Position numbers and translations under genes: made by a program
Part shown: piece after piece, positions 8,758 to 17,954 of the stretch
How positions within the stretch are numbered: the first letter of the stretch is position 1
How the letters are laid out: each line of letters starts with the position of its first letter
Source: Allomuricauda sp.
Lineage (GTDB): Bacteria; Bacteroidota; Bacteroidia; Flavobacteriales; Flavobacteriaceae
Length of the DNA: 64,000 bases
Reading direction: 5' to 3'
Assembly: GCA_050303195.1 (NCBI GenBank)
Contig: JBNLBG010000006.1
Coordinates: forward strand, 953 to 64,952
The notes under the pieces: model-generated
Seen by the model: the letters and a program-made list of their open reading frames with translations, nothing else
Told to the model about the DNA's origin: nothing
The model's database searches: none

Positions 8758-9533
8758 AGTTCATAAAAAATATCCGATATAAACACAGCTACAAAATCAA
8801 TCACAAACAATAGCATTGAGGTAAATACCACTGCGGTATTTGCGGCCATACCCACCCCAGCAGTCCCTTTTTTGCTGTAATACCCTTTGTAACATCCCAC
8901 AAGACCAATGGCAAAACCAAAAAAGAACGATTTTATGGTAGCGGGAATCAAATCACCATAGGTAAGGGCATTGAATACGGTATTAAAATACAGTTGAAAG
9001 GAAACATTACCCTTAAAATTCTCTACAAGTGCCGAGCCATACAGTGCTACGGCATCGCCCAAAATAACAAGAAGGGGCAACATTAGTGTGGTGGCCATAA
9101 TGCGTGTAACGACCAAAAATTTAAAGGGATTGGTCCCTGAGACCTCCATGGCATCAATCTGTTCCGTTACCCGCATTGACCCCAGTTCTGCTCCAATGCC
9201 CGATGCAATACGCCCAGCACAGACCAAGGCGGTTATCACGGGTCCAAGTTCCCGTACGATGGAAATGCCCACCATATTTGGCATCCAAGAAACGGCTCCA
9301 AACTCTATAAGTGTGGGTCGGGATTGTAAGGTGAGCACTAAACCAATAATAAATCCCGTGACCAAGACCAAGACCAAGGAGCGGTTTCCCATATTATAGC
9401 ACTGCCGCAAAAATTCCTTGAACTCAAAAGGTGGTCTAAAGCCTACTTTAAAAAAACGGCCAGCAAAATAAGATAGCTCCCCAATCTCAATGAAGAATTT
9501 TCGTATTTGTGAAATAGCCTGTGACACACGCAT
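8754..9533 (-). CDS. MlaE family ABC transporter permease
   Basis: 259 aa, multi-TM. RELGPVITALVCAGRIASGIGAELGSMRVTEQIDA is typical of MlaE/Ttg2B permeases. Confidence 0.85.
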   Translation of the reverse strand: MRVSQAISQIRKFFIEIGELSYFAGRFFKVGFRPPFEFKEFLRQCYNMGNRSLVLVLVTGFIIGLVLTLQSRPTLIEFGAVSWMPNMVGISIVRELGPVITALVCAGRIASGIGAELGSMRVTEQIDAMEVSGTNPFKFLVVTRIMATTLMLPLLVILGDAVALYGSALVENFKGNVSFQLYFNTVFNALTYGDLIPATIKSFFFGFAIGLVGCYKGYYSKKGTAGVGMAANTAVVFTSMLLFVIDFVAVFISDIFYEL

Positions 9534-9591
9534 GATTTTACCATTTGAAGGTAGCTATTTTCAAAAATATAACTTGAGATAGGTTATGGGA

Positions 9592-9605
9592 ATGATCGAA
9601 ATCAT
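9592..9605. promoter_or_regulatory. FNR-type box ATGATCGAAATCAT serving the minus-strand mlaE operon
   Basis: TGAT-N4-ATCA. Centre 9598.5 lies 29.5 nt from a perfect -7 element TATTTTTG read on the minus strand (9569-9562), 28 nt before the ATG at 9533. Confidence 0.6.
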
Positions 9606-9609
9606 ACTA

Positions 9610-9623
9610 CTGATCAATATCAT
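9610..9623. promoter_or_regulatory. FNR-type box CTGATCAATATCAT serving the plus-strand 128-aa ORF
   Basis: TGAT-N4-ATCA. Centre 9616.5 lies 29.5 nt from TAACTTTA (9646-9653), 23 nt before the ATG at 9677. Confidence 0.6.
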
Positions 9624-9676
9624 TTTGACAAAAAAGGGTAAAAACTAACTTTAAGAATCCTATAAAAACAAGTAAA

Positions 9677-10063
9677 ATGGAAACAAAAGCTATGTATAAC
9701 TCAGATTTGCACTTTGAACACCAGCAATGGGAAAAGGAGCTTGAATTTTGGGAAGATGAGCTTAGATCTTTTCAAAATAGGCTTGATGAGTTGGTAAACC
9801 GTTGGACAGATGAAAAGGTGTTGGCGGAATTAAGTGAGTTCCAAAACCAGTTTTTCATTCACAAATCCAAGATTGAGGAATTCAAGGAAAAGATCCACGA
9901 GCATGAACTCAATATCTCCAAACATTTGGAAGCCCAAGAGAACGTCATTAATCGATTGCATTTTGAGCACCATAAAAAAATTAGGGAGGGTATTGAAACA
10001 GAAAGAGGCATTTACCATGATTTGAAGAAGAAATTCTTCCGCTTCCTTTCCAAATACATGTAA
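9677..10063 (+). CDS. hypothetical all-helical, His/Glu-rich protein (two HFEH motifs); a metal-binding helical bundle is possible
   Basis: 128 aa. LHFEHQQWEKELEFW near the N-terminus and RLHFEHHKKIREGIE near the C-terminus, plus IHEHE. No family recognised with certainty. Confidence 0.5.
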   Translation: METKAMYNSDLHFEHQQWEKELEFWEDELRSFQNRLDELVNRWTDEKVLAELSEFQNQFFIHKSKIEEFKEKIHEHELNISKHLEAQENVINRLHFEHHKKIREGIETERGIYHDLKKKFFRFLSKYM

Positions 10064-10076
10064 CAGGAGAAAGAAT

Positions 10077-10391
10077 TTTTCTGTAAAACATACTATTGAC
10101 TGTATTTCCCTTAAGCCTGGAGAACAAGTTCAGTTCAATAAAGTTTCCAAAAAAATGGTCAAGAACCAATTTGATATAGATGGGGAAGTTGCCCCGAAAA
10201 ATGGAACCCTAATTTTTAATGAGGTGGGCTTTGAGAAATTCATTCATAAGTTGGAGCACTGGTATAGGGTAAGCTTTCACATTGTAGGAACTCCTCCCAT
10301 AGACACGCTTAATGGAATGAAATACAATTACGATTATGAAGGTAAAAACATAACAATAAGCTTTTTACCAAAGAAAAACGGCCAGCAATAA
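10077..10391 (+). pseudogene. C-terminal fragment of a FecR-family anti-sigma factor (DUF4974-like), N-terminal part missing
   Basis: The frame is open upstream of the track ORF (10155..10391). ...FSVKHTIDCISLKPGEQVQFNKVSKKMVKNQFDIDGEVAPKNGTLIFNEVGFEKFIHKLEHWYRVSFHIVG fits the FecR C-terminal pattern (L-x-pGe..., W-x-G-x-L-x-F-n, leR/HWY-x-V). No sigma-binding or TM part lies upstream. Confidence 0.55.
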
Positions 10392-10770
10392 AATTGCCAA
10401 CCGCTATAGTTAAATCAAAACCAAATTTCTGAATATAGATGTGACGGTCAATATTCAGATTTAGTATTAATCAAAATCACTTCAAAATTATAAAAAAATC
10501 AGTACGGCACCAACCCAACATGTGTAGGGGGTTCTTTTTACCCCTCGGCATATGTGTCAGTAGTACAAATGGCCTCAGAACAATACAAAAAAAGTAAAAA
10601 CATAGCGTCATTCCTTAACCAGACCATAACCATGAAAGAAGATACCAGTCCATTGAATACCAAAGGCCAAAAGATGTTTATAGAAAAGCAGCTTGAAACT
10701 ATTTTAGTTTTGTAGAAAATCTGTCCTAAAGATCGGGGTATCTTCAATGCTATTGTCCAATTTTCCTAGA

Positions 10771-11292
10771 CTATGGCATCAAACTATAAGTGAAACTAAT
10801 ATTTGTCTCTATTGTATTTCCACCGACATCTGTAATATTGAAATCATTGGAAAACACAAAACTGGTTTCACTGTCATTAAAGGTTATGGTTAAATTTTGA
10901 AGAATGCACGCATCAACAAAACTCAATGTATTTGAGGAGAGTTGCCAGGTGCCATCAAAAGTACCCTGATTTTGGCAATTTGTCCCGTTCTGTCCTTGTT
11001 TAAAAGTGTATGTTCTATCTGCATTGAACGTATAAATCGCATCTTTTTGACATTCTCCATATTGCGCAAAAAGATCGGTACTGGGGTTTTCTTGGTTATC
11101 ATCGGTTATATCCACAGCTTCATCGGCAACGATAGCGCTTAGCACCCATTCTCCAACCAATTTCTCTTCATTGGCTCCCAATGCCCCGGTAAAATCTTCA
11201 GGGCAACTAGAAGAACCATCATCTGTACTGCACGAAACAATAAATCCACTCATCATAAACAATGTACCAATACTAAAAATTATTCGCTTCAT
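10771..11292 (-). CDS. lipocalin-like lipoprotein of unknown function
   Basis: I chose the ATG at 11292 (MKRIIFSIGTLFMMSGFIVSCS lipobox); the track start at 11304 is a TTG codon. LVGEWVLSAI... and GTWQLSSNTLSF are lipocalin-like beta-barrel strands. Confidence 0.6.
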   Translation of the reverse strand: MKRIIFSIGTLFMMSGFIVSCSTDDGSSSCPEDFTGALGANEEKLVGEWVLSAIVADEAVDITDDNQENPSTDLFAQYGECQKDAIYTFNADRTYTFKQGQNGTNCQNQGTFDGTWQLSSNTLSFVDACILQNLTITFNDSETSFVFSNDFNITDVGGNTIETNISFTYSLMP

Positions 11293-11544
11293 AGTAAAAA
11301 TCAAAATTTAAGGTTTCTAATTTGATGAAATATTATCGAGATGGTTGCATCGATCATGTATAAAAATTTTTGTTGATTCATCAGGTAAAGTTTAATTATC
11401 TTACTATGAGACTAGCATCAGCTAATTCCAGTAAGATTTTTTACCATCCCACAAAAGCAATTCCCTGATCAAAGAAAGTTGATGTTTCTTTCAAGAAAGA
11501 CATATTTCAACCAATCCAAAAAAAGATGGCTCATGAATTAAAAT

Positions 11545-11871
11545 TTCATTTCCATGGGAAAACTCGGGTATGTGATGCTCTTTTTTCACCACCGGGTATC
11601 AATCCTACCACAAATTCCATATGTGGGCTGTTCGCTTTTTCCTCTTTTCCATCTTCTCTCTATAGTTCAAAGGTCCCATCGGCTCCTGTCCAAATTTTTA
11701 TAGTCGTGGGAGCATCAATTTCTTCATCTGTATACTGACGTATGGGATCCATGGGTATGATGGCTCCAGCACTGATGTAAATGGGCATTGTGGCCAAGTC
11801 AACTTCCCTTTGCATGGTTTTTCCGCCTTCTTCCAATTTTTGGGAGCAATTTATATCATAGAATTGGGTAT
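11545..11871 (-). pseudogene. relic of the C-terminal part of a GH31 glycoside hydrolase (alpha-xylosidase/alpha-glucosidase type)
   Basis: The minus-strand frame reads DTQFYDINCSQKLEEGGKTMQREVDLATMPIYISAGAIIPMDPIRQYTDEEIDAPTTIKIWTGADGTFEL, then an in-frame TAG (11661-11659), then REDGKEEK... This matches the GH31 C-terminal pattern WYDfwtG..ieGG..v..ap.d.iPlfvraGaIiP...qy..e....l.l.iy.G.dG.F.LYEDDG. No intact ORF exists, and more degraded sequence probably continues to about 11990. Confidence 0.6.
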
Positions 11872-12007
11872 CGGAACTATCTTATCCTTATAAGGTTTTA
11901 CGATTTGTACCAATTTCAAGAGCTGAAAAACCACAATTAGTGATCATCACCGGAGAAGGCAAGTGAGATTCTAAAAGTTTGTTCAGCAAAGAAGTACTTT
12001 TCTATAT

Positions 12008-12460
12008 TCAGTTCTTCTTCCTTTCAATGCTCTCGTCGATATAGCCAAAAACCACATTTATTACTACCACCAAAATGGTCAATATTCCCAATTCGATGTA
12101 CATTGAGGTGGCCGCCAAACACCCTGCTCCGGCACTGCACCATATGGTGGCTGCAGTGGTGAGTCCCTTGATTTTGTCTTCTTTTTGAAGAATGACCCCG
12201 GCTCCCAAAAATCCGATTCCTGTGACCACCTGGCTTAACACCCTGGTAACATCAGCATATTCCTCTCCAAAGAACCGCAATGAGATCAAAACATAGACAG
12301 CGGCCCCAAGGGATACCAATGCATTGGTCTTTAAACCTGCACTCTTTCCCTTGTATTCACGTTCCAACCCAATTAAGAGCCCCGCTATGGTGGCCAGACC
12401 AACTTTGATAGCAAAGTTGGTAATGTCTGCTGGATCATAGGTAAACAGTTCTGTCATCAT
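12008..12460 (-). CDS. MgtC/SapB family membrane protein
   Basis: 150 aa, 4-5 TM. GLEREYKGKSAGLKTNALVSLGAA and GIGFLGAGVIL are MgtC-family signatures. Confidence 0.85.
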   Translation of the reverse strand: MMTELFTYDPADITNFAIKVGLATIAGLLIGLEREYKGKSAGLKTNALVSLGAAVYVLISLRFFGEEYADVTRVLSQVVTGIGFLGAGVILQKEDKIKGLTTAATIWCSAGAGCLAATSMYIELGILTILVVVINVVFGYIDESIERKKN

Positions 12461-12710
12461 AAAAGTTGTTTAATAATAGCCTTCGAACCGGAACGTGAGG
12501 GCCATCTCTACGGTCTAAGAATACATTATTCTTACCAATTTCCTCTTTCAGTTCTTGTGTGGCTTTTCCGGTCTTCTGTTGCAATCTACCTAACATTTCA
12601 TCAAATTTACCATCGGAATAGGTTAAATCGCTATGGGTAAGCTCACCATATTTTTGTTTGAATTTACCTTTTACTTCTTTCCATTTGCCTTCTAACGAAT
12701 CATTCTTCAT
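12435..12710 (-). CDS. CsbD family general stress protein (with an unusual 30-aa C-terminal tail)
   Basis: GKWKEVKGKFKQKYGELTHSDLTYSDGKFDEMLGRLQQKTGKATQE is a classical CsbD domain. The tail overlaps the mgtC-like start by 26 nt. Confidence 0.75.
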   Translation of the reverse strand: MKNDSLEGKWKEVKGKFKQKYGELTHSDLTYSDGKFDEMLGRLQQKTGKATQELKEEIGKNNVFLDRRDGPHVPVRRLLLNNFYDDRTVYL

Positions 12711-13304
12711 AACTTCTATAAGTTAAGATTAATTACTATTTTTTCCTACACACAAACTTGGAGCACGCAATCTTGACCTTCGAAGTACATCAACCTTCTA
12801 ATTACCTTAACGGTTCTGCCCATAAAAAAGCCCCAATAAATTGGGACTTTTCTCTTAAATTTTCTTTTGTCCACTGTTCTAGTCATATTTTTTTGTATTT
12901 CAAATTTCAAAATCCGTTCTGGATTTACCTTAAACTACTAAATCCATTCCTCAACGCTTGACGGAAAAAATGCTGAGATTGACGTTGATGATAAAATCCA
13001 TCCAACTTTAATCATCCAATGCGTTAGTTCATTTAAAAGCATATCTAGAAATAGGATAATCTGTACCCTGTTCTACTTGATTTTTCAACCTATTGATAAA
13101 CCAAATATTAACTGGAACGTTGGTGTATGTTAGAAACATAACACGAATACATAAAGTAAGGTATTGACATATTTCAATCTAAAAATTCAATAAAATGACA
13201 ATACTGAAAGGTCAAATATGAGATATTCTAATTGTAAAGGTGATTATGCATCATATTTTACATGATATGCTTCATTTCTTTTAGTGCCCACAGAACACCA
13301 CCAA

Positions 13305-13312
13305 TATCTTTG
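13305..13312 (+). promoter_or_regulatory. candidate Bacteroidetes sigma-A -7 element TATCTTTG for the susC-like operon
   Basis: Exact TAnnTTTG match 45 nt upstream of the ATG at 13358. Confidence 0.4.
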
Positions 13313-13357
13313 TATTACAGTGCATATAACACATTGACTAACTTAAACTTGTAGATT

Positions 13358-16300
13358 ATGATTAAACTTAAACATGCGGTCATAACCCTATTAATTATGA
13401 TTGGGCCTTTGGCATATTCGCAATCATTGACCGTATCGGGAACTGTTACCGATGAAACGGGGTCTCCTCTTCCTGGTGCTTCAGTAGTGGTACTTGGAAC
13501 TACCAACGGGACCCAAACAGATTTTGATGGAAATTATACCTTATCTGATGTAGCTTCCAATGCCACTTTGGTGTTTAGTTATATAGGATATATAAGGCAA
13601 CAAATCGCTGTAAATGGCAGAACTTCCATCAACGTAAGCCTGGCCGAAGATTTACAGGCACTGGATGAAGTTGTAGTGGTGGCCTATGGTTCACAATCAA
13701 GATCTGAGGTAACCGGTGCCATTTCAACCGTTGGTGCTGAAGAAATTAGTGCGTTGCCCGTGGCAACTGCGGATCAAGCCTTACAAGGTAGGGCCGCAGG
13801 TGTAACCGTAACTAATAGTGGTGCACCTGGTGTCGCACCTGTTGTTCGTATAAGGGGTGTGGGTTCTCCGAATGGTGGTGATCCCCTAGTTGTAATAGAC
13901 GGTGTCATCTCCAGTGGACTTGGATCTATTAACCCTAACGATATTGAAAGTATCAACGTGCTTAAAGATGCTGCAACTGCGGCGGCTTATGGTTCACAGG
14001 CAGCCAATGGTGTTATCGTTGTAACCACAAAGCAAGGAAAGGCCGGTAAAACCGAGGTCACTTTCAACACATACACGGGCGTTCAATTCGTGACAGAGCG
14101 TTTTGACTTGTTGAACACGGAGCAATATTTGACTTTTATTGAGGAAGCCTTTGGTACGGTTCCTACAACACCTTTAAGTTCTTCTGGCAACGATACCGAT
14201 TGGCAAGATGCCATTTTTCAGACCGGTATATTGCAAAATTATGATATAGGCATGGCCGGGGGTAATGAAAATAGCAATTTCAGAGCTTCAGTGGGTATGC
14301 TAAAACAAGAAGGTACCATTATTGAAACTGGTTACAACCGATACAATACTCGTTTAAATAGTAACTTTAATGTTACCGATAAGTTCAAGGTTGGTCAAAC
14401 CTTGGCTGTAACTTTTAGGGATTTTACCCCAGAGGTCAATGGAAATAACACCAATAGATCGCTCATAGAGCACGCTATAAAAAGTGCACCATACCTGCCC
14501 ATTTATAACCCGGACAACCCCGGAGGTTTTCAAGGTCCCACATCAGCGTTGGATGGCCAAGATGCCGAAAACCCTGTGAGGATACAAAAAAATGGAAGCC
14601 GTAGTACCAAAGGCACCGAGATTTTTGGAAGTTTATTTGGGGAGTATGAGTTATTCAAAGGCTTGAAATTTAGGTCTCAGTTTGGTTTGGAATATAGCTA
14701 TAGCAACTTTGATAGTTTTACACCTTCCTTTGATGATGATAGCAATGGGCAATCAACACACGCGCAGACCTTTGCTTCGATTACGAAAAACTCTTCAACC
14801 TTTAGAAGATTTCTGTATACCAATAGCCTTAACTATAACATAAGTATCGATGGTGTGCACAATTTTGATGTATTGGCCTTGATTGAAAAAAATGAGGCCC
14901 GTTTTAACCAAGTGAACACTTCTTCCCAAAATTCGGTTACCAATGATATCACACAACATGGTCCAGATCAGGTTGTAGCAACATCAAATACCGACGAGGT
15001 TGACAAAATCGGCTATTTGGCACGACTAAACTACAATTATGACAACAAGTACCTTCTTTCTGGATCTATTCGTCGTGATGGTTCTTCCAGATTTGGACCC
15101 AACACCAAATGGGGTACGTTTCCATCGGTTTCAGCAGGTTGGAACATAGCAGGGGAAAACTTCATGGAGGATTCGGAATTAAATATCCTTAAATTAAGAG
15201 CTAGTTGGGGTACGACCGGTTTTGATGGCATTCCTAACTATAGATTCGCAACCACATTAAATCCCAATTGGATTTATGTCATAAATGGCAATGCAGTTGG
15301 GGGAACTTCTCCGGCAGGTATTCCAAACCCCGATGTAGCTTGGGAAGAAAGGGAAATGCTTAACATAGGTCTAGACATAGGATTGTTCAATAACAAGTTC
15401 ACAGGTGCCATTGAGTACTACAATAACAAGAGTAATGATTTATTGATTGATTTGCCCTTACCCGGATCTTTGGGTAGCTTGGCCTCTACCGTGCCAACGA
15501 ATATTGGTGATGCCGAGGTCAAAGGTTTTGAGGTGAGTTTGGGGTATAACGATTATGAGGGAGATTTTACCTGGTCTGCCAACCTTAATTTCTCTACCGC
15601 CAAAACCGAAATGCTAAGTAAAGGAACTGATGGTATTACCCAAGCATCCACATTTGAAGGATCCATAGTCAATGGTCTTGAAGCAGGTGCTCCGATTTAT
15701 GCCTTCTACGGGTATAAAACCGATGGCATCTACCAAAGTCAAGCTGAGGTAGAAGCTGTTTTGGGCACAGGACAAACTGCTATTCAACCAGGCGATATTC
15801 GTTTTGTGGATCAAAATGGTGATGGTCAAATCAATAATGATGACCTAGTACAGCTAGGCCAGCCCAACCCAGAAATTACCTATGGATTTAATCTGGATGC
15901 AAATTATAAAAATTGGGACTTTAACCTGTTTTTAAATGGGGCTGCCGGACATCAAATTTACAACACCAATATTTATGATTTAGAGGGTATGCCAAGAACG
16001 TTCAACGCTGGTGTGGCTGTTTTGGATAGATGGACCCCATCAAACCCATCCAATTCCATTCCACGTGCATTTGACGGAAACAATGGTATTAATACAGCTT
16101 CGTCCGATCGCTATATTGAAAGTGGTGATTTTACAAGATTAAAAAATGTAACCATAGGATATACCCTTGGAGACAATACAATACTTTCAGATTATTTCTC
16201 TCGATTGAGAATATATGTCAGTGGCCAGAACCTATTGACTTTTACAGATTACTCGGGCCTCGACCCTGAAGTAGGTAACGCAACAATTAACAATTCAGAG

Positions 16301-16369
16301 TTCGGTGTTGACAGAGGAAAATATCCACAACCAAAATCAGTATTGCTAGGATTACAAGTAACTTTTTAA
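13358..16369 (+). CDS. SusC/RagA family TonB-linked outer membrane protein
   Basis: 1003 aa. Signal peptide, CarboxypepD_reg-like TVSGTVTDETGSPLPGASVVVLGTTNGTQTDFDGNYTL, a plug with VVVVAYGSQ, and the C-terminal ...LLGLQVTF. Confidence 0.95.
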   Translation: MIKLKHAVITLLIMIGPLAYSQSLTVSGTVTDETGSPLPGASVVVLGTTNGTQTDFDGNYTLSDVASNATLVFSYIGYIRQQIAVNGRTSINVSLAEDLQALDEVVVVAYGSQSRSEVTGAISTVGAEEISALPVATADQALQGRAAGVTVTNSGAPGVAPVVRIRGVGSPNGGDPLVVIDGVISSGLGSINPNDIESINVLKDAATAAAYGSQAANGVIVVTTKQGKAGKTEVTFNTYTGVQFVTERFDLLNTEQYLTFIEEAFGTVPTTPLSSSGNDTDWQDAIFQTGILQNYDIGMAGGNENSNFRASVGMLKQEGTIIETGYNRYNTRLNSNFNVTDKFKVGQTLAVTFRDFTPEVNGNNTNRSLIEHAIKSAPYLPIYNPDNPGGFQGPTSALDGQDAENPVRIQKNGSRSTKGTEIFGSLFGEYELFKGLKFRSQFGLEYSYSNFDSFTPSFDDDSNGQSTHAQTFASITKNSSTFRRFLYTNSLNYNISIDGVHNFDVLALIEKNEARFNQVNTSSQNSVTNDITQHGPDQVVATSNTDEVDKIGYLARLNYNYDNKYLLSGSIRRDGSSRFGPNTKWGTFPSVSAGWNIAGENFMEDSELNILKLRASWGTTGFDGIPNYRFATTLNPNWIYVINGNAVGGTSPAGIPNPDVAWEEREMLNIGLDIGLFNNKFTGAIEYYNNKSNDLLIDLPLPGSLGSLASTVPTNIGDAEVKGFEVSLGYNDYEGDFTWSANLNFSTAKTEMLSKGTDGITQASTFEGSIVNGLEAGAPIYAFYGYKTDGIYQSQAEVEAVLGTGQTAIQPGDIRFVDQNGDGQINNDDLVQLGQPNPEITYGFNLDANYKNWDFNLFLNGAAGHQIYNTNIYDLEGMPRTFNAGVAVLDRWTPSNPSNSIPRAFDGNNGINTASSDRYIESGDFTRLKNVTIGYTLGDNTILSDYFSRLRIYVSGQNLLTFTDYSGLDPEVGNATINNSEFGVDRGKYPQPKSVLLGLQVTF

Positions 16370-16379
16370 AAAAATTGTC

Positions 16380-17849
16380 ATGAAAAATAAAATTTTAATA
16401 AGCTTAGTTTTTATCATAGCACTAATTGTTTCTTGTGATGAAGATGCTTTGTACAAAACCAATCCAAATGAGCTTTCTCCGGAAACCTTTTTTGCCACTG
16501 CGGCCCAAGTTGAGTCTGCCGTAAATTCAACATATGGATCTTTACAAGAGAGAGGACTCTATTCTCGTCATATGTTTTTTATGATGGACAATATGTCGCA
16601 AGAGAATGGTCGTAACCAACAGTTGGAATCTGATAAGGTAGAATATATCCAGTTCTCCTTCAATTCAAATCATGTGTCCATTCCATTATATTGGGATGCG
16701 TGTTATCGAGGCATAACTAATAGCAACTTGGTTATCAATAACGCAGAAAAAATCAATGCACTCCCCGATTCAGAACTCTCTGGACCAATGAAGGCCAAAT
16801 TTGTTGGTGAGGCCAAGTTTATGAGGGCTTTGTACTATTTCTTTTTGGTAACACGTTTTGGTGGTGTGCCCATAAATGATGGTAACAGCACCGAAGGACA
16901 GCCTAGGGCATCAGTAGATGACATCTACAATATTATTATACAAGATTTAACAGATGCCTCCGCTTCTTTGCGCTCCAAAAATGTTGAAGATACCGGCAGA
17001 GCTACGAAGGAAGCCGCAATAGCCTTGTTAGGAAAAGTGTATTTGTTCAGGAATAATAAATCTGCTGCATTAACCGAGTTTGAGAAAATATACGGTGCTT
17101 TCGAGTTGGAGGAAAACTATTTTGACAACTTTACAGAGGAGAATGAATTTGGAAAAGAGTCAATATTCGAAATAGTGTATGACGATGAAATAGGCGGGCA
17201 ACCATGGGGTATACCCTCAACAGGAACTGCAGAAGCAGGTTTTCGAGGTCAGGAATATGGTCTTCTAAACTGGTACAACGTGCACATTACCGATGATCTT
17301 TTGGATGAATATGAGCCCGGTGATGGGAGAATTAAAGATAATTTTTACCAACCCGGTGATGAGTATTGCTGTGGTACCATTCAAGAGAGTGATTTGGCCG
17401 ATGCCAGCGGTACAATCTACAGAGCAGGATGGAAAAAATACCAAAACTATCACGCTGAAGCCTCTGAGGACGCAGCCTCTGGTATTAACTTCAAATATCT
17501 TCGTTATTCAGACGTGCTGCTTATGATGGCCGAATGTGTATATGAAAATGACCCTGCAAGGGCCGTTGGCTATATTAATGAAGTGCGGACGCGGCCTAGT
17601 ACAGGATTGGCTCCATTGCCCACCACACTATCGTCATCGCAGGTTTTTGATGCCATAGTACATGAACGCAAGTGCGAATTGGCGGGTGAACAGGTACGCT
17701 TCAACGACATTTTGCGCTGGGGCATTGCCGATACAGAATTGGCCGGAAGCAACTTCCAAGCTGGCAAGCATGAGTTACTGCCAATACCTCAAGGGGAAAT
17801 CAATGCGAATTCGGCATTAACAGACGCTGATCAAAACCCAGGGTACTAA
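16380..17849 (+). CDS. RagB/SusD family nutrient-uptake outer membrane lipoprotein
   Basis: 489 aa. Lipobox LIVSCD, 10 nt after susC. Typical SusD segments (RALYYFFLVTRFGGVP, ERKCELAGEQVRFNDILRWG). Confidence 0.95.
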   Translation: MKNKILISLVFIIALIVSCDEDALYKTNPNELSPETFFATAAQVESAVNSTYGSLQERGLYSRHMFFMMDNMSQENGRNQQLESDKVEYIQFSFNSNHVSIPLYWDACYRGITNSNLVINNAEKINALPDSELSGPMKAKFVGEAKFMRALYYFFLVTRFGGVPINDGNSTEGQPRASVDDIYNIIIQDLTDASASLRSKNVEDTGRATKEAAIALLGKVYLFRNNKSAALTEFEKIYGAFELEENYFDNFTEENEFGKESIFEIVYDDEIGGQPWGIPSTGTAEAGFRGQEYGLLNWYNVHITDDLLDEYEPGDGRIKDNFYQPGDEYCCGTIQESDLADASGTIYRAGWKKYQNYHAEASEDAASGINFKYLRYSDVLLMMAECVYENDPARAVGYINEVRTRPSTGLAPLPTTLSSSQVFDAIVHERKCELAGEQVRFNDILRWGIADTELAGSNFQAGKHELLPIPQGEINANSALTDADQNPGY

Positions 17850-17892
17850 GATTTTTATTTTGAGTTAGTTTTTTTTGAATTAATTTTAGTTG

Positions 17893-17926
17893 AACAGCGT
17901 GTAAAAAAATACACGCTGTTTTTTTC
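17893..17926 (+). terminator. Rho-independent terminator between susD and the FG-GAP/VCBS gene
   Basis: Perfect 11-bp stem aacagcgtgta (17893-17903) / tacacgctgtt (17910-17920), A6 loop, then a T run through 17925. Confidence 0.85.
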
Positions 17927-17954
17927 TTATTTTATGTACAGAGTATTCACCTAT

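Noticed and set aside
10429-10458. 8-bp AT-rich inverted repeat ctgaatat/atattcag after the FecR fragment as a terminator
   Set aside because: The stem is entirely AT-rich with a 14-nt loop and no T tract, so it is probably too weak to matter.
10538-10747. 69-aa minus-strand ORF in the spacer after the FecR fragment
   Set aside because: No motif, hydrophobic junk-like sequence, and located in a region that looks like decayed PUL DNA.
11526-11738. 70-aa plus-strand ORF
   Set aside because: It lies antisense to the much more convincing GH31 relic frame and has a Ser/Pro/Phe-rich, low-complexity translation.
12435-12530. The CsbD C-terminal 30-aa tail and 26-nt overlap with mgtC as evidence of a frameshift or fusion
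   Set aside because: The frame is intact and ends at a normal stop. Without a family alignment I cannot distinguish a genuine tail from a lost stop codon, so this is not strong enough to report.
12758-12961. 67-aa plus-strand ORF upstream of susC
   Set aside because: The track start is a non-ATG codon. No motif, and it lies in an AT-rich promoter region.
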